A stretch of 64,000 bases of DNA from Erysipelotrichaceae bacterium (GTDB lineage Bacteria; Bacillota_I; Bacilli_A; Erysipelotrichales; Erysipelotrichaceae): positions 30,774 to 94,773 of the forward strand of contig CAVAAT010000016.1 in NCBI GenBank assembly GCA_963586925.1, in the 5' to 3' direction. The notes under the pieces were generated by a model. The model saw nothing but the letters and a program-made list of their open reading frames with translations, was not told the origin of the DNA and did not search any database. The position numbers and the translations under genes are program-made. Shown in pieces: positions 9,157 through 21,595 of this stretch. Position 1 is the stretch's first letter. The number at the start of each line of letters is the position of its first letter.

Positions 9157-10369
9157 ATAGCTTATCAACAAAATCTTTTAAACGTTTGCTCTTTGTTGGA
9201 TGTTTTAACTTTCTTAAAGCTTTAGCTTCGATCTGTCTGATCCTTTCACGAGTAACATTGAATTCCTTACCAACTTCTTCTAGAGTTCTCTGTCTTCCAT
9301 CAATTAGACCAAATCTTAATTGAAGTACTTTTCTTTCTCTTTCTGTTAAAGTTGAAAGTACATTATCAATCTCATCCTTCAGTAATTCCTTACTAGCATA
9401 TTCATCAGGTGAGATAGCATGCTTATCCTCAATGAAGTCTCCTAAATGAGAATCATCTTCTTCACCAATTGGTGTTTCTAGCGAAACTGGATCTAAAGCG
9501 ATTTTTTGGATCTCTCTTACCTTTTCTGGAGTGATATTGCCCAATTTCTCAGCAATCTCTTCAGCTGAAGGTTCTCTACCCAATTCTTGTACTAACTGTC
9601 TTTGAACTCTTGTTAATTTATTTATTGTTTCCACCATGTGGACAGGAATTCTGATTGTTCTTGCCTGATCGGCAATAGCTCTGGTGATTGCTTGTCTGAT
9701 CCACCAAGTAGCGTAAGTTGAGAACTTAAATCCCTTTGTATAATCAAATTTCTCGACTGCTTTAACTAAGCCTAAGTTTCCTTCTTGGATAAGATCTAAG
9801 AATAATAAGCCTCTACCAACATATTTCTTAGCGATAGCAACTACAAGTCTTAAGTTAGCTACGATCAATTCTTCCTTAGCACCTTCATCGCCTTCTTGAA
9901 TCCTTCTAGCAATCTCTTTTTCTTCTTCAGATTTCAACAAAGGAACTTTACCAATGCTCTTAAGGTAGATCTTAACATTGTCGTAATTCTTGCTTAAGGA
10001 AGTATCAGCATATTCTTTATATTTCTCTTCTTCTTGTTCATCGACGTTGGAATAATCAAGATTACCGATTTCTTCATCAACATCTTCATCAGAATCAGAT
10101 TCTTCACCAACAAGATCTTCATCAGCATCGACTAACTCATCTCCAAGTTCGTCTTCCATGATGATACCATTATCTCGCGTCCATTCAATGAAAGCTTCCT
10201 GTTCATCATCAGTCAGTTTAAGTTCATCAACTGCCTTCATGACCTCATCTTGGGTAATGATTTCATCATTTTGAGTTTTTTCTAATAGACTTTGCTTAAC
10301 TTCATCTAGACTCTTGAATTTTGTTTCACGCATTATCTCTTCCTCCCGTCTTTTTCGATAGTTGTTCAT
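9155..10369 (-). CDS. rpoD: RNA polymerase sigma factor RpoD (sigma-A)
   Basis: Regions 2-4 fully conserved ([47 protein letters not shown]); acidic N-terminal region. Confidence 0.95.
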   Translation of the reverse strand: MNNYRKRREEEIMRETKFKSLDEVKQSLLEKTQNDEIITQDEVMKAVDELKLTDDEQEAFIEWTRDNGIIMEDELGDELVDADEDLVGEESDSDEDVDEEIGNLDYSNVDEQEEEKYKEYADTSLSKNYDNVKIYLKSIGKVPLLKSEEEKEIARRIQEGDEGAKEELIVANLRLVVAIAKKYVGRGLLFLDLIQEGNLGLVKAVEKFDYTKGFKFSTYATWWIRQAITRAIADQARTIRIPVHMVETINKLTRVQRQLVQELGREPSAEEIAEKLGNITPEKVREIQKIALDPVSLETPIGEEDDSHLGDFIEDKHAISPDEYASKELLKDEIDNVLSTLTERERKVLQLRFGLIDGRQRTLEEVGKEFNVTRERIRQIEAKALRKLKHPTKSKRLKDFVDKL

Positions 10370-12116
10370 TTAATTTTTTGATCTCTTTTTGCACATTGAT
10401 ATAATTAACTGATAGCTTAGCTTTTAAATGTCCATCATTCAATTTTTCAATTTGAGAAGAGATCTCCTTCTTTTCTTTTGTCAGTTTGTCGATCTTTAAT
10501 TTGATGCAACAATCCTTCAATAAATCTTCACTTGCCATCTCACTTAATGTCTTATCAGCTAATATCCCTAATAATAGTGAATATTGTTCATCATCTAATT
10601 GTTCTGATAAAGATGCGATCTTAAACTTAGGTTCTTGTTGGTAAGAATCTGTGATAAGTGAAACATAATGTTGATACTTCTCATCAGGAAGATCAACTAA
10701 TTGATCTTGAAAGATACTGACATTAGTAGCTGATAACATAAGTTGCTTAATGATCGTTCTTTGGGCGATCTCAAGACCAGTAATAGATGCTTTTTTAACT
10801 CTTTTTGGCATTTGCACTGGTATAATATCAGTAGCATTGACCTTTTCTTTTCTTAATACTTCATAAGAGAAACCACTGATCTCAGATAATTTTCTTAAAT
10901 AAGTATCCTTATCTAATTCATCACTATTAGCATTGATCTCGTTAGCAACCTTATTAACAAATTCTTTTTTAGCCGAATAATTGTTTAGATCATATTGTCC
11001 TTGATAATAAACAAATATGAAATCTAACCAAGTCATCGATTTATTGATCATCGCTTTAAGCTCACCAGCACCGTATTTATTGACAATCTCATCTGGATCA
11101 AGATCAGTCTTGTTATTTATTACCTTAATTTCGAATCCAGCATTTATAGCCATTTTTCCTGCTCTTAGGATTGCTGATTGACCAGCTTTATCGCCATCAT
11201 AAGCTAATATCAGTTTGCTTGCCTGACGTTTTAATAACTTTAATTGGTTATCTGTCAAATTAGTACCTAATGAGCACACAGCATTAGATATACCTGCTCG
11301 ATCAAAAGCAATGACATCCATCGGTCCTTCAGCTAATATCGCAGTCTTATTCTCCCTAATAGTAGCTCTCGCATTATTTAGATTGAACAAAACATCACTC
11401 TTATGAAATATCGGAGTATCAGTACTATTTATATATTTACTTGGATTACTCTTATCGATACTTCTTGCTGTAAAGCCAATAGGATGATTGTATTCATCAA
11501 AGATTGGTATCATGATACGATCATAAAATACATCTCTAATGCCATTTTCTGTTAAACGACAGACATTAGCCTCAATGATATCATTATCCCTATAACCTTT
11601 TTGATGTAAGAAGTTATAAAGACGATCATGAGTTGGGTTATATCCTATCTGATATTTACGCAATATATCTTTATCTAAATGACGATCGATAAGATAATCC
11701 TTATAAAGTTTACCTTTCGAAGAATTAAGCTCATTTTGGCAAAAACTCACAGTATCTGCGATGATCTTATGAAATACAGTTTCCTCAAAGACATTAGTCC
11801 TATTGTTAGAAAATTCATACTTGTAACCAATCTTATCAGCTACTTCCTTTATTGCTTCGGGATATGATATCTTCTTATATTGCATAACAAAGCCAAAGAC
11901 ATCACCAGAAGTATGATTTTCACTTGGGCAAGAGAAACATTTATATATCTGCTTAGAAGTATTGATATGCAAAGAAGGATCATGGTCATCATGAAAAGGA
12001 CAATAAGCTTTATAGTTTACACCCGCTTTGATAACAGGGATATATGAGCCTATCACATCTTCAATCCTTGCTTTTTGCTTAATATCATTAATAACTTCTT
12101 GAGGAATACTTGCCAT
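10326..12116 (-). CDS. dnaG: DNA primase DnaG
   Basis: CHC2 zinc finger ([13 protein letters not shown]...YKCFSC), TOPRIM region, position upstream of rpoD. Confidence 0.9.
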   Translation of the reverse strand: MASIPQEVINDIKQKARIEDVIGSYIPVIKAGVNYKAYCPFHDDHDPSLHINTSKQIYKCFSCPSENHTSGDVFGFVMQYKKISYPEAIKEVADKIGYKYEFSNNRTNVFEETVFHKIIADTVSFCQNELNSSKGKLYKDYLIDRHLDKDILRKYQIGYNPTHDRLYNFLHQKGYRDNDIIEANVCRLTENGIRDVFYDRIMIPIFDEYNHPIGFTARSIDKSNPSKYINSTDTPIFHKSDVLFNLNNARATIRENKTAILAEGPMDVIAFDRAGISNAVCSLGTNLTDNQLKLLKRQASKLILAYDGDKAGQSAILRAGKMAINAGFEIKVINNKTDLDPDEIVNKYGAGELKAMINKSMTWLDFIFVYYQGQYDLNNYSAKKEFVNKVANEINANSDELDKDTYLRKLSEISGFSYEVLRKEKVNATDIIPVQMPKRVKKASITGLEIAQRTIIKQLMLSATNVSIFQDQLVDLPDEKYQHYVSLITDSYQQEPKFKIASLSEQLDDEQYSLLLGILADKTLSEMASEDLLKDCCIKLKIDKLTKEKKEISSQIEKLNDGHLKAKLSVNYINVQKEIKKLNEQLSKKTGGRDNA

Positions 12117-12124
12117 TTAACACC

Positions 12125-13513
12125 TTAAAATTTAATCAGTTTATTTAAATAATCTTCAATCTCATCAATCTTGATAGTCTCTTGTTTCATGCTATCACGA
12201 TCACGGACTGTAACTGTTTGATTAGTCTCACTATCGAAATCAACAGTGATACAAACAGGAGTACCAATAGAATCTTGTCTTCTGTAACGTTTACCAATAG
12301 AACCATTCTCATCAAATTGAACATCAAATGATTTAGCTAGCTTAGTATAGATTTCCATAGCTAATGGTGATAGTTTCTTACTCAAAGGTAATACTGCAGC
12401 TTTAATAGGAGCTAATGCTGGATGTAAATGCATAACAGTTCTCTGATCTTCTTTTCCATTAGCATCTACTAAGTTTTCAATATCAAAACTATCACAAACA
12501 AAAGCTAAGAATAATCTTTCAACACCAACAGCTGGTTCAACACAATAAGGAACATATTTTTCATTTGTATATGGATCAAGATAAGAAAGATCTTCACCTG
12601 AATGTTCCATATGACGTTTTAAATCATAATCAGTCCTATCAGCGATGCCCCATACTTCACCCCAACCAAATGGGAATAAATATTCAACATCACAAGTACC
12701 TTTAGAATAGAAAGCTAATTCTTCTTTTGTATGATCACGCATACGCATATTTTCACTCTTTAAGCCAAGATTAGTCAACCAATCATAGCAGAATTGTTTC
12801 CAATAAGGATACCACTTATCATCTTCTCCTGGTGTACAGAAGAATTCCATTTCCATCTGTTCAAACTCTCTTGTACGGAAGATGAAGTTACCTGGAGTGA
12901 TCTCATTACGGAAACTCTTACCTACTTGACCAATACCAAAAGGTAATTTTTTTCTCATTGTTCTTTGAACATTCTTAAAGTTAACAAACATACCTTGAGC
13001 TGTCTCAGGACGTAAATAGATCGTACTCTTACTATCCTCAATGACTCCCTGGAATGTCTTAAACATTAAGTTAAACTGTCTGATATCTGTAAAATCAGTA
13101 GCTCCACAATTAGGACAAGCAATGTGTTTATCCTTGATATATTGAACCATATCCTCGCTCTTCATAGCTTCAACATTAACTGGTTCTGTTGCACATTGTT
13201 CGATCAATTGATCAGCACGATATCTACTCTTACATTTTTTACAATCGATCAATGGATCACTAAAGTTCTTAACATGTCCTGTAGCTACCCAAACCTCTGG
13301 ATTCATAAGGATCGCACTTTGAATACCAACATTATTAGGATCTTCTTGAATGAACTTCTTCCACCAAGCAGATTTGATATTTTTCTTTAAATTTGCACCT
13401 AACGGACCATAATCCCAAGTATTAGACAATCCACCATAAATTTCAGAACCCTGGAATACATAACCAGAAGTTCTTAAATGGTTTACGATCTGTTCAAAAG
13501 TATATTTTCCCAT
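12125..13513 (-). CDS. glyQS: Glycine--tRNA ligase (dimeric class II, GlyQS)
   Basis: 462 aa; [13 protein letters not shown]...[18 protein letters not shown]-terminus typical of glyQS. Confidence 0.9.
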   Translation of the reverse strand: MGKYTFEQIVNHLRTSGYVFQGSEIYGGLSNTWDYGPLGANLKKNIKSAWWKKFIQEDPNNVGIQSAILMNPEVWVATGHVKNFSDPLIDCKKCKSRYRADQLIEQCATEPVNVEAMKSEDMVQYIKDKHIACPNCGATDFTDIRQFNLMFKTFQGVIEDSKSTIYLRPETAQGMFVNFKNVQRTMRKKLPFGIGQVGKSFRNEITPGNFIFRTREFEQMEMEFFCTPGEDDKWYPYWKQFCYDWLTNLGLKSENMRMRDHTKEELAFYSKGTCDVEYLFPFGWGEVWGIADRTDYDLKRHMEHSGEDLSYLDPYTNEKYVPYCVEPAVGVERLFLAFVCDSFDIENLVDANGKEDQRTVMHLHPALAPIKAAVLPLSKKLSPLAMEIYTKLAKSFDVQFDENGSIGKRYRRQDSIGTPVCITVDFDSETNQTVTVRDRDSMKQETIKIDEIEDYLNKLIKF

Positions 13514-13574
13514 AAAACTTTTACCTCTCTTATCTTTCTACATATAAATACGCTATTTTTACCCAAAAGTAAAC

Positions 13575-14297
13575 CTAACTATTTAAATTTGTTAAACTTT
13601 TATAACTATTTACTCTTATACCCGAATAAATGACTAAGATATTCATCATGATATCAACTAACTCAAATTCATTCAAATTTAAATTGACTAATTTATCAAT
13701 AATATTCATGTTAGCTTTATTTATATATCTAAACTTCATAAGTAAAGAAGGACTCATTGCTTTATTTTCTCCTTGATTACATTTACGACACAAAAAACCA
13801 CCATCCTCTAATGAGATGGTCTCAATATCATCACTTCTACCACATAAAACACAACCATCTACATATGGTGAAATCCCAAGTCTATTCAATATCTCTGATA
13901 AAAAGATATTTAATATCAAATAGGGTTGATCATTCTTATCAAGATTTTCTAAGCTTTTTAATAACAAGTCATAGATATCTTCTGTAGCACACTTATCTGT
14001 TATCTCACATATTAAAGAAGCAATGGTTATCTTTTCATAATCATTTCTAATGCCACTAAATGTGTCAATAAGAGTTGCACTTTTAAGATGTTGCATATTC
14101 CTATCAGGGTAATAATCAAATATAAATGAAGAACGATTTAAAAGTTGAGTTGCATAGATATTTTTACCACTAACTTTCTTTTGTCCTCTAACATAAAGAG
14201 CCAATTTGCCATGCTCTTTCGTTAAGATATTGATGATCGCATCATTGTCTTTATAGTCATTAACTGAAATGACTATCCCTTCAATCACATCATTCAT
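13575..14297 (-). CDS. recO: DNA repair protein RecO
   Basis: 240 aa; C-terminal CxxC...CxxC zinc motif (CVLCGRS...CRKC); conserved position between era and glyQS. Confidence 0.8.
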   Translation of the reverse strand: MNDVIEGIVISVNDYKDNDAIINILTKEHGKLALYVRGQKKVSGKNIYATQLLNRSSFIFDYYPDRNMQHLKSATLIDTFSGIRNDYEKITIASLICEITDKCATEDIYDLLLKSLENLDKNDQPYLILNIFLSEILNRLGISPYVDGCVLCGRSDDIETISLEDGGFLCRKCNQGENKAMSPSLLMKFRYINKANMNIIDKLVNLNLNEFELVDIMMNILVIYSGIRVNSYKSLTNLNS

Positions 14298-15189
14298 CGT
14301 TTTCCTTATCCCAATAACCTAACTGTTGTAATTGATACTTTTTATTACGCCAATTTTCTTCAACAATGACAAAAGTATCTAAGTAAACAGGAGCATTTAA
14401 TCTTTCTTCTAATTCTTCTCTAGCAAAGCTACCGATCTTTTTGATCATTTGACCATTTTCACCGATAATGATCTTCTTTTGAGAAGCTCTTTCGCAAACG
14501 ATAGTTGCTTGAATATATACGTTATTCTTTTTTCTTTGAATACTATCGATCCTTACAGCTGCACAATGTGGTATCTCTTCACCAGTGTTGATCATTAGCT
14601 TTTCCCTAATGATCTCACCGATCAAAAAGCTTTCAGGATAATCTGAGATCATATCAGCAGGATAGTATTGCAAGTCATCCTTTAAATAAGTCTTGATCGT
14701 CTTTACCAATTCATCAATGTTGTTTTTCCTTAATCCACTTATAGGAATGATCTCATCATATTTGTCTTGGTCGATACTTGCTAGTAGATCTAACAGATCA
14801 GACTTATTTAGCTTATCGATCTTATTGATCAATAAGAACTTTGGCTTATTGACTTTAGTTAAATATTCATCGATCACTTGATCAGCTTTATCAAATCCTT
14901 TAGTAGCATCGATCAAAAATAAGATGATATCAACATCTTTGATCGTATCATAAGCATGTTGGACCATTACTTCATTAAGCTTTATCTTAGCTTTATGAAT
15001 ACCTGGTGTATCAATGAAGATGATCTGTGCATCTTCTGTAGTCAATATCCCACGGATATTATCTCTTGTAGTTTGAGGCTTGCTTGTAGTGATAGCAACT
15101 TTTCTAGATAAGATACTATTAAGTAAAGTACTCTTGCCAACATTTGGCTTACCTATCAAAGCGACAAAGCCACTTTTTATTTTGTCCAT
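14290..15189 (-). CDS. era: GTPase Era
   Basis: GFVALIGKPNVGKSTLLN G1 motif, KH domain C-terminus. Confidence 0.9.
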   Translation of the reverse strand: MDKIKSGFVALIGKPNVGKSTLLNSILSRKVAITTSKPQTTRDNIRGILTTEDAQIIFIDTPGIHKAKIKLNEVMVQHAYDTIKDVDIILFLIDATKGFDKADQVIDEYLTKVNKPKFLLINKIDKLNKSDLLDLLASIDQDKYDEIIPISGLRKNNIDELVKTIKTYLKDDLQYYPADMISDYPESFLIGEIIREKLMINTGEEIPHCAAVRIDSIQRKKNNVYIQATIVCERASQKKIIIGENGQMIKKIGSFAREELEERLNAPVYLDTFVIVEENWRNKKYQLQQLGYWDKENDE

Positions 15190-15593
15190 TAAGCTAAATC
15201 CTCTTCATTAAATTGCATTGGTAGTAATTCAGCAATATTTGTAACTTTCGTCTCAGTACCATTACTTAAGATGATAGGCGTATCCTGATTTAATAATTCA
15301 CACAATACTTGGCGACAAATACCACATGGAGCAGCTAATTTCTTACCATAACTAACGATGCACAATGCTTGAATATCATCTTTACGATAACCGTAAGAAT
15401 AAGCAGCAAAAGTCGCACTCCTTTCAGCGCAATTAGTAGCACCAAAAGAAGCATTTTCAATATTGGCACCTAAAAAATGATTACCATCTTTACATAAAAT
15501 ACAAGCTCCTACCTTATAATTTGAATAAGGTGCATAAGCATTTTCGGCAGCAGTAAATGCTAAATTAATCAATTCCTGTTGATTCATATTCAT
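15189..15593 (-). CDS. cdd: Cytidine deaminase
   Basis: 134 aa; CAERSA and PCGICRQ zinc-binding motifs. Confidence 0.85.
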   Translation of the reverse strand: MNMNQQELINLAFTAAENAYAPYSNYKVGACILCKDGNHFLGANIENASFGATNCAERSATFAAYSYGYRKDDIQALCIVSYGKKLAAPCGICRQVLCELLNQDTPIILSNGTETKVTNIAELLPMQFNEEDLA

Positions 15594-16054
15594 TCTCCCT
15601 TATCATTTTCACTTACTATATCATCAAGTATCATCTTCTGATATTTGATCATTTCTTTTTCTTCTTCCTTAGTTTGATGATCAAAGCCATTTAAATGTAA
15701 TAAGCCATGAGTAAATAAGAAACATATCTCTCTTTTTTCACTATGATCATACTCTTTAGCTTGTCTTTTAGCTGCATCAACACTAATAAAGATATCACCA
15801 AGTTCTTCAGCTACATAATCATTATCTTCTTGATAATCACTTAATGCAAAAGAGATGACATCAGTTGGTCTATCGATATTACGATATTCTTTGTTGATCT
15901 GATGGATCTTTTTATCAGAAACAAATATGACACTAACAGATACATTATCACTTAATCCTAATGTAGTTATAGTCTTTTTAAATATTTCTTCAAATATCTT
16001 ACGATAAGAAGCATAACCTTTTTGTCTGCTACGATTATAAACATTCAATTCCAT
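15590..16054 (-). CDS. ybeY: Endoribonuclease YbeY (rRNA maturation)
   Basis: HGLLHLNGFDH metal-binding motif. Confidence 0.9.
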   Translation of the reverse strand: MELNVYNRSRQKGYASYRKIFEEIFKKTITTLGLSDNVSVSVIFVSDKKIHQINKEYRNIDRPTDVISFALSDYQEDNDYVAEELGDIFISVDAAKRQAKEYDHSEKREICFLFTHGLLHLNGFDHQTKEEEKEMIKYQKMILDDIVSENDKGE

Positions 16055-16059
16055 AATTC

Positions 16060-16983
16060 TTACTCCCCTTTATAAGCATCCACGATCTTTTGAACAACTG
16101 GATGACGCACAACATCTTTTGTACTCATTGAGATAACACCTATCTCATCTATTGAACTTACGACTTTCATCGCATGGATAAGACCAGATTTCTTATTTGT
16201 TGGAAGATCGATCTGAGTGATATCTCCAGTAATGATCATCTTTGAATTAAAGCCTAATCTAGTCAAGAACATCTTCATTTGTGTCTCTGTCGTATTTTGA
16301 GCTTCATCTAATATGACACAAGCATCATTTAATGTCCTACCACGCATATAGGCAAGTGGAGCTATCTCAATGATACCTTTTTCGATCATCTTCGTGGTAT
16401 TTTCCATTCCTACTAAAGCCTCAAAACAATCATAGATCGGTCTTAGGTAAGGATCAACCTTTTCCTGCAAATCACCCGGTAAAAATCCTAATGACTCACC
16501 AGATTCCACAACTGGTCTAGTGATAACGATCTTTTTGATCTCACCTTTTTTAAGTAAATCGTAAGCATAGACTACCGCTAAGAAAGTCTTACCCGTGCCA
16601 GCTGGGCCACAAACAAAAGTGATGACTTTACTTCTAAAAGAATCATATAACTTTTTTTGACCATAAGTACGAAGATAATACTTCTTACCAGCTAAACCAT
16701 TACAAATGAATTCTTTATAAAAGTTATCATTTAAAATAGCATTGATATCTTGTGTAGTAACTGTACCATTTTCTTTATTGATCTTTATGATATTTTCAAT
16801 AGCTCTACGAATAAGGATAGTCTTGTCCTTATTATCCACAGTCAATAAACCATTATCAAAAACAATATCAACATCATAATATTTATCAATAATCCTTAAC
16901 AAGCGATCATTCTCTTCAAAAAGAATAGAATAATCATTGAAATCATAGTTATTTAAATCTATAACGATATTATCCAAACGCAA
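16060..16983 (-). CDS. phoH: PhoH-like ATPase (PhoH/YbeZ)
   Basis: GPAGTGKTFLAV Walker A; conserved operon position. Confidence 0.9.
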   Translation of the reverse strand: MRLDNIVIDLNNYDFNDYSILFEENDRLLRIIDKYYDVDIVFDNGLLTVDNKDKTILIRRAIENIIKINKENGTVTTQDINAILNDNFYKEFICNGLAGKKYYLRTYGQKKLYDSFRSKVITFVCGPAGTGKTFLAVVYAYDLLKKGEIKKIVITRPVVESGESLGFLPGDLQEKVDPYLRPIYDCFEALVGMENTTKMIEKGIIEIAPLAYMRGRTLNDACVILDEAQNTTETQMKMFLTRLGFNSKMIITGDITQIDLPTNKKSGLIHAMKVVSSIDEIGVISMSTKDVVRHPVVQKIVDAYKGE

Positions 16984-17028
16984 TATCCTCCGAGTAAATT
17001 ATACAACAAAAAAAGTGGATTTTCACCA

Positions 17029-17205
17029 CTATTTCTTTCTTGCTTTACGAGCAGCTTCTTGTTTAAGCTTACGTTTAACGCCTGGCTTAACATAATACTC
17101 TCTTTTACGAGCTTCAGCAAGGGTACCATTGCGGGAAACCTGTCTCTTGAAACGACGTAATGCATCATCAAGTTGTTCATTTTCTTTAACGATTACTTTC
17201 GGCAT
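17029..17205 (-). CDS. rpsU: 30S ribosomal protein S21
   Basis: Manual translation of minus strand gives [58 protein letters not shown]; GGGAGGG RBS; not in ORF track (<60 aa). Confidence 0.85.
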   Translation of the reverse strand: MPKVIVKENEQLDDALRRFKRQVSRNGTLAEARKREYYVKPGVKRKLKQEAARKARKK

Positions 17206-17252
17206 AATTCTACCCTCCCTTCTGAAACTACCTTGTTTTTCACAACAAATAT

Positions 17253-17281
17253 ATTTTATGACATTCAGTCATTATTTTCAA
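17253..17281 (-). promoter_or_regulatory. Sigma-A-type promoter of the rpsU operon (TTGAAA-N17-TAAAAT)
   Basis: Near-consensus -35/-10 with 17-nt spacer about 45 nt upstream of rpsU start. Confidence 0.45.
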
Positions 17282-17305
17282 CAAAAAATGTGAAAATCGT
17301 GTGAA

Positions 17306-17345
17306 AAAGTTTGAAAAATCTTTACTATTCACCATTAAGTAAAGA
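17306..17345 (-). terminator. Rho-independent terminator downstream of deoC
   Basis: tctttact / agtaaaga 8-bp stem with 11-nt loop followed by tttttcaaacttttt on minus strand. Confidence 0.4.
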
Positions 17346-17481
17346 CTAAAGAAAAAGCAATGATCACCATCTCAATATTAAGTGTCTAGTTAATCAGTGC
17401 CTTTTTGTTTAATCCACTACTTTTGCAAAAGTTTCGTGTTTTTTTAAGTAATATCAACTTGTTATCTAAACAATATCAATA

Positions 17482-18141
17482 TTAATTATCTTTCAAATAA
17501 TCTTCCATGATCTTAACTGAAGCTGAACACCCTAATCTATCAGCACCAGCTTCGATCATCTTTTTAGCATCTTCATAAGTACGGATACCACCTGCTGCTT
17601 TTACAAAACATTGATCCTTAACAGTAGATTTCATTAAATAAACGTCTTCGACTGTAGCTCCAGCTGTTGAAAAACCTGTTGATGTCTTAACGAAATTAGC
17701 ATTAGCCATCATAGCACAGATACAGCTTTCAGCCTTTTCATCATCAGTAAGTAAACAAGTCTCGATGATGACTTTAACTGTTTTACCACTAGCAGCATTA
17801 ACTACTTCTTCAATATCTGCTTTTACATATTTCCAATCATGTTCTTTTGCTGCTCCTACATTAATGACCATATCGATCTCATCGGCACCATTCTCGATAG
17901 CTGCTTTAGTCTCATATGCTTTAGCTTTTGAATCCATAGCACCTAATGGAAAGCCAACGACACAACATACCTTAACATCGCTATCCTTCAATAATTCTTT
18001 GCAATATGAAGCATAACAACTATTGACACAAACACTAGCAAAATCAAATTTTAAAGCTTCTTTACATAATTTCTCAACCTGTTTATGTGTTGCATCAGCC
18101 TTTAACAATGTATGATCTATATATTTATTTAACTTCTTCAT
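17482..18141 (-). CDS. deoC: Deoxyribose-phosphate aldolase
   Basis: 219 aa; DHTLLK...FASVCVN...KVIIETCLL...active-site Lys context typical of DeoC. Confidence 0.85.
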   Translation of the reverse strand: MKKLNKYIDHTLLKADATHKQVEKLCKEALKFDFASVCVNSCYASYCKELLKDSDVKVCCVVGFPLGAMDSKAKAYETKAAIENGADEIDMVINVGAAKEHDWKYVKADIEEVVNAASGKTVKVIIETCLLTDDEKAESCICAMMANANFVKTSTGFSTAGATVEDVYLMKSTVKDQCFVKAAGGIRTYEDAKKMIEAGADRLGCSASVKIMEDYLKDN

Positions 18142-19588
18142 CAGTATCTCCTTTTAACATTTTAATTAAGATCTCTTTAGCAGCATTATTATCGCCCATC
18201 CAATAAACTTTGCCATCACCGATCTTAAAATATTGCTCATCTGCTTTTCCTAAAATGCAGACTGTATCATCTTTATTGGCTAATTCTAAGCCTTGTCTAA
18301 TAGCATCATAACGATCTTCAATGTATAGCCAAGAATGCTTAGTTATACCTGTAGCGATCTCACTACATATCTCATATGGATCTTCCCAATGGTTATCTTC
18401 CGAACATAAGATGATGACATCGCTATTATCATCGACGATCTTACCGATCATTGGTCTCTTTTTATGATCTCTTGCTCCATGAGCACCAAAGACAGTGATG
18501 ATCCTACCATTTTCTTTAGTGATCGCATTGATATACTCAAAGATCTTATCATAACCATCTGGGGTATGAGCATAATCAACTATGACATTAAAATTTTGGC
18601 CACAATCAATAGTCTCTGCTCTACCCAATACTTGAGGGATTGTCTTTAAATAAGGCAATAAGTCTTCAATCTTATAACCATCTTCTATCAAAGTAGCTAA
18701 TACAGCTAATAAGTTATAAATATTAAACTCAGCTACTAAATTAGTTTCAATATGAACGCTATTTTCACCATAAACAAGATCAAAACAACTATGATCATTG
18801 AATAATTCAACATTTTTAGCCATATAAGCAGCATTATTCTTAATGCCATAGGTTATACATTCACAACGAGTATCATTTAATAATCTTTCACCATAAATAT
18901 CATCGATATTGATGATAGCTTTCTTGTCTTCACCGATCATCTTAAATAGCTTAGCCTTAGCCATATAATAGTTTTCCATTGTCCCATGATAATCTAAGTG
19001 ATCATGAGTAAGATTAGTAAAGATCGCATAGTCAAACTTAACAGCTTCTACTCTTCTTAAATCTAAGCCTTGTGAACTCACTTCAAGTGAAACAGTCCTA
19101 CAATCATGATCATAGATCTCTTTCAACATCCTATGTAAAACTTCCACATCTGGAGTAGTCAAGAAAGTATCGTTGATGGTTTCATCCCACATATAACCAA
19201 TAGTACCGATATAGCCACAATTTTCAAATCTTGAAACCAAATACCTGATGACCCAAGCGATCGTAGTCTTACCATTAGTACCAGTAACCCCGTAAACTTT
19301 CATCTTTTGACTCACATCACCGTAAAAATGTGATACAAACATATTTAAAGCACCTAAAGTATCATCAACTTTAAGATAGGTAACACCTTCATAATATTTA
19401 TCAAGGTCCTTACTATGAACAACGCAGATCGCTCCATTATCAATGGCTTGTTCAACATGATCATGTCCATCATTCACAAGACCAATGATACAGAAAAATA
19501 TCGCTTTTTCCATCTTTACACGTGAATCAGTCATGATGTTCTCAATGACTAAATGTGGTGCATTCTCAAATATCTCACTAATATCCAT
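18125..19588 (-). CDS. murE: UDP-N-acetylmuramoyl-tripeptide synthetase (MurE-type Mur ligase)
   Basis: [13 protein letters not shown]-binding motif, Mur ligase three-domain size (487 aa). Confidence 0.8.
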   Translation of the reverse strand: MDISEIFENAPHLVIENIMTDSRVKMEKAIFFCIIGLVNDGHDHVEQAIDNGAICVVHSKDLDKYYEGVTYLKVDDTLGALNMFVSHFYGDVSQKMKVYGVTGTNGKTTIAWVIRYLVSRFENCGYIGTIGYMWDETINDTFLTTPDVEVLHRMLKEIYDHDCRTVSLEVSSQGLDLRRVEAVKFDYAIFTNLTHDHLDYHGTMENYYMAKAKLFKMIGEDKKAIINIDDIYGERLLNDTRCECITYGIKNNAAYMAKNVELFNDHSCFDLVYGENSVHIETNLVAEFNIYNLLAVLATLIEDGYKIEDLLPYLKTIPQVLGRAETIDCGQNFNVIVDYAHTPDGYDKIFEYINAITKENGRIITVFGAHGARDHKKRPMIGKIVDDNSDVIILCSEDNHWEDPYEICSEIATGITKHSWLYIEDRYDAIRQGLELANKDDTVCILGKADEQYFKIGDGKVYWMGDNNAAKEILIKMLKGDTDEEVK

Positions 19589-19607
19589 ACTATCCCCTTA
19601 TTTCCAA

Positions 19608-20885
19608 TTAGATCAAATGACCATAAAGCAGATCCCCATCTACTTTATCGATATATACCTTATGAATTTGGTTGAGTAAGTCTTCATCAGTTCTAACTTT
19701 AGTCACGATATATTGGCTACAATGTCCGATCAAATAACCATCTTGTTGCTTTTCAAAAAGCACCTCAACACTCTGTGATAGGAACTTACCCATATATGTA
19801 TTATATAATCGCTCACTTGTTTTAGTCAAACTACCAACTCTTTCTCTCTTGATATTTTCAGCCACTTGTCCTTTTTTATCATAGTTTACTGTAAATTTCT
19901 TTCTCGCATATGGGAAGACATGTAAGAAAGATAGTTCACATTTTTCAATGAACTTAGTAGTTTCTTCAAACTCCGTATCAGTTTCACTAGGTAAACCAAC
20001 AATGACATCACTACTGATCGATATATCAGGTATCAATTCTCTGATCTTTTTAACTTTTTGATAATAGTATTCTGTCGTATAAGGACGATTATTATCCTTT
20101 AACAAGCGATCATTACCAGTTTGTAATGGAATATGTAAATGTCTTGCGATTTTTTTATTTTTAACAATAAGATCGATCAATTTATCTGTAACTTCTGTTA
20201 CCTCAATAGAAGAAATCCTGATCCTTTGTAATCCATCCACCTCATTAGCCAATCTTTCGATCAGATCAGCTAGATCATAATCACCATCATGCCATCTACC
20301 AGTATGAATGCCGGTTAAGACTAATTCTAAATGACCAGTTGCTACTAACTGTTTAGCTTGCTTAATGACTAACTCCATTGGTAAACATCTTTCCCTTCCT
20401 CTAGCGAAAGGAATGACACAATAACTACAAAATTGATTACAACCATCTTGAATCTTTAGATATGCTCTGACTTGATTAAAACTTTCAATGAACATCTCTT
20501 CAAATTCTGTCTTAGTAAAGTCTTCCACTAAATAGATCTTTTCTTTATTCTTCAAATAATCTTCAATAAGTTTAGGTAATAAAGTCTTATATTTTGATCC
20601 TAAAACAATATCACAATCTTCAAAGATACTAGGATCATTTTTCTCAGTCTGCACATAACAGCCAACAACGACGATACAACTATCCTTGTTTTGCTTACGA
20701 GCTTTATGCATCATCTGTCTACTTTTTGAACCAGCCATATTGGTGACTGTACAAGTATTGATGATATAGATATCGCTATAACTTTTAAAATCTACTTCTT
20801 CATATTTTTGGGCTAATTGTTGTCTATACCAATTAGCTTCATAATTATTTACCTTACAACCAAGATTACATATTGCAAATTTCAT
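19608..20885 (-). CDS. mtaB: tRNA methylthiotransferase, radical SAM (MtaB/MiaB family)
   Basis: N-terminal MTTase Cys triad (CNLGCKVNNYE...), radical SAM CxxxCxxC (CNQFCSYC), TRAM-like C-terminus. Confidence 0.75.
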   Translation of the reverse strand: MKFAICNLGCKVNNYEANWYRQQLAQKYEEVDFKSYSDIYIINTCTVTNMAGSKSRQMMHKARKQNKDSCIVVVGCYVQTEKNDPSIFEDCDIVLGSKYKTLLPKLIEDYLKNKEKIYLVEDFTKTEFEEMFIESFNQVRAYLKIQDGCNQFCSYCVIPFARGRERCLPMELVIKQAKQLVATGHLELVLTGIHTGRWHDGDYDLADLIERLANEVDGLQRIRISSIEVTEVTDKLIDLIVKNKKIARHLHIPLQTGNDRLLKDNNRPYTTEYYYQKVKKIRELIPDISISSDVIVGLPSETDTEFEETTKFIEKCELSFLHVFPYARKKFTVNYDKKGQVAENIKRERVGSLTKTSERLYNTYMGKFLSQSVEVLFEKQQDGYLIGHCSQYIVTKVRTDEDLLNQIHKVYIDKVDGDLLYGHLI

Positions 20886-20887
20886 AG

Positions 20888-21595
20888 CTAACCTCTTTTC
20901 GCATCAATGACTGCTAATGTATATAATCCTGCAGTCTCTGCTCTTAATATATTTTCTCCCAAACTGCAACATTTAAAACCTAAATCAGTTAAAAATGTTA
21001 CCTCACTATCCTCAAATCCACCCTCAGGTCCAATGATGAAAGTGATAGACTTATCATCAACTAGATCGATAAGTTTTATATTATCCTCATTTTCATAAGG
21101 AACGATATTTACTTCACTTAAATATTTAGCGATATCTTTTAACTTGATCGGTCTTTCAACAGTACATAATTTTTCTCTATTAGATTGTTGGGCTGCTTCT
21201 AGCGCTATCTTATTCCAACGCACTAATTTTTTATCGATCTTCTCTTCATCATTTTTGATGATCGTTCTCTGGCTTATGATAGGTACGATCTTAGTAGCAT
21301 TTAACTCCACAGCTTTTTGGATCAACCACTCCCATTTGTCTTTTTTGATCATACATGCACAATAGATGATATCTTTACTGACTTTTTTATTACCTAAAAG
21401 TTCAACACAGTCAGCATATACTTCCTCATCAACAAATGTAAGTTTAGCTAAAAAGACTTGCGAGTCTTTATCTACGATCCTAATGATATCATTTTCTTTA
21501 TAACGTAAGACATTCTTCAAATGATGAGAGATTTCCGAAGATAATCTTACTTCCTCGTTAAGATGCAAGCTTTGATCGACAAAATATTGCCTCAT
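20888..21595 (-). CDS. rsmE: 16S rRNA (uracil1498-N3)-methyltransferase RsmE
   Basis: 235 aa; PUA-like N-terminus plus SPOUT C-terminus (FIIGPEGGF). Confidence 0.8.
   Translation of the reverse strand: MRQYFVDQSLHLNEEVRLSSEISHHLKNVLRYKENDIIRIVDKDSQVFLAKLTFVDEEVYADCVELLGNKKVSKDIIYCACMIKKDKWEWLIQKAVELNATKIVPIISQRTIIKNDEEKIDKKLVRWNKIALEAAQQSNREKLCTVERPIKLKDIAKYLSEVNIVPYENEDNIKLIDLVDDKSITFIIGPEGGFEDSEVTFLTDLGFKCCSLGENILRAETAGLYTLAVIDAKRG

Noticed and set aside
16959-17180. 73-aa ORF from the track between phoH and the intergenic region
   Set aside because: It overlaps, in a different frame, an unmistakable ribosomal protein S21 sequence (17029..17205, minus strand) with a proper RBS. The 73-aa ORF has no RBS and low-complexity sequence.
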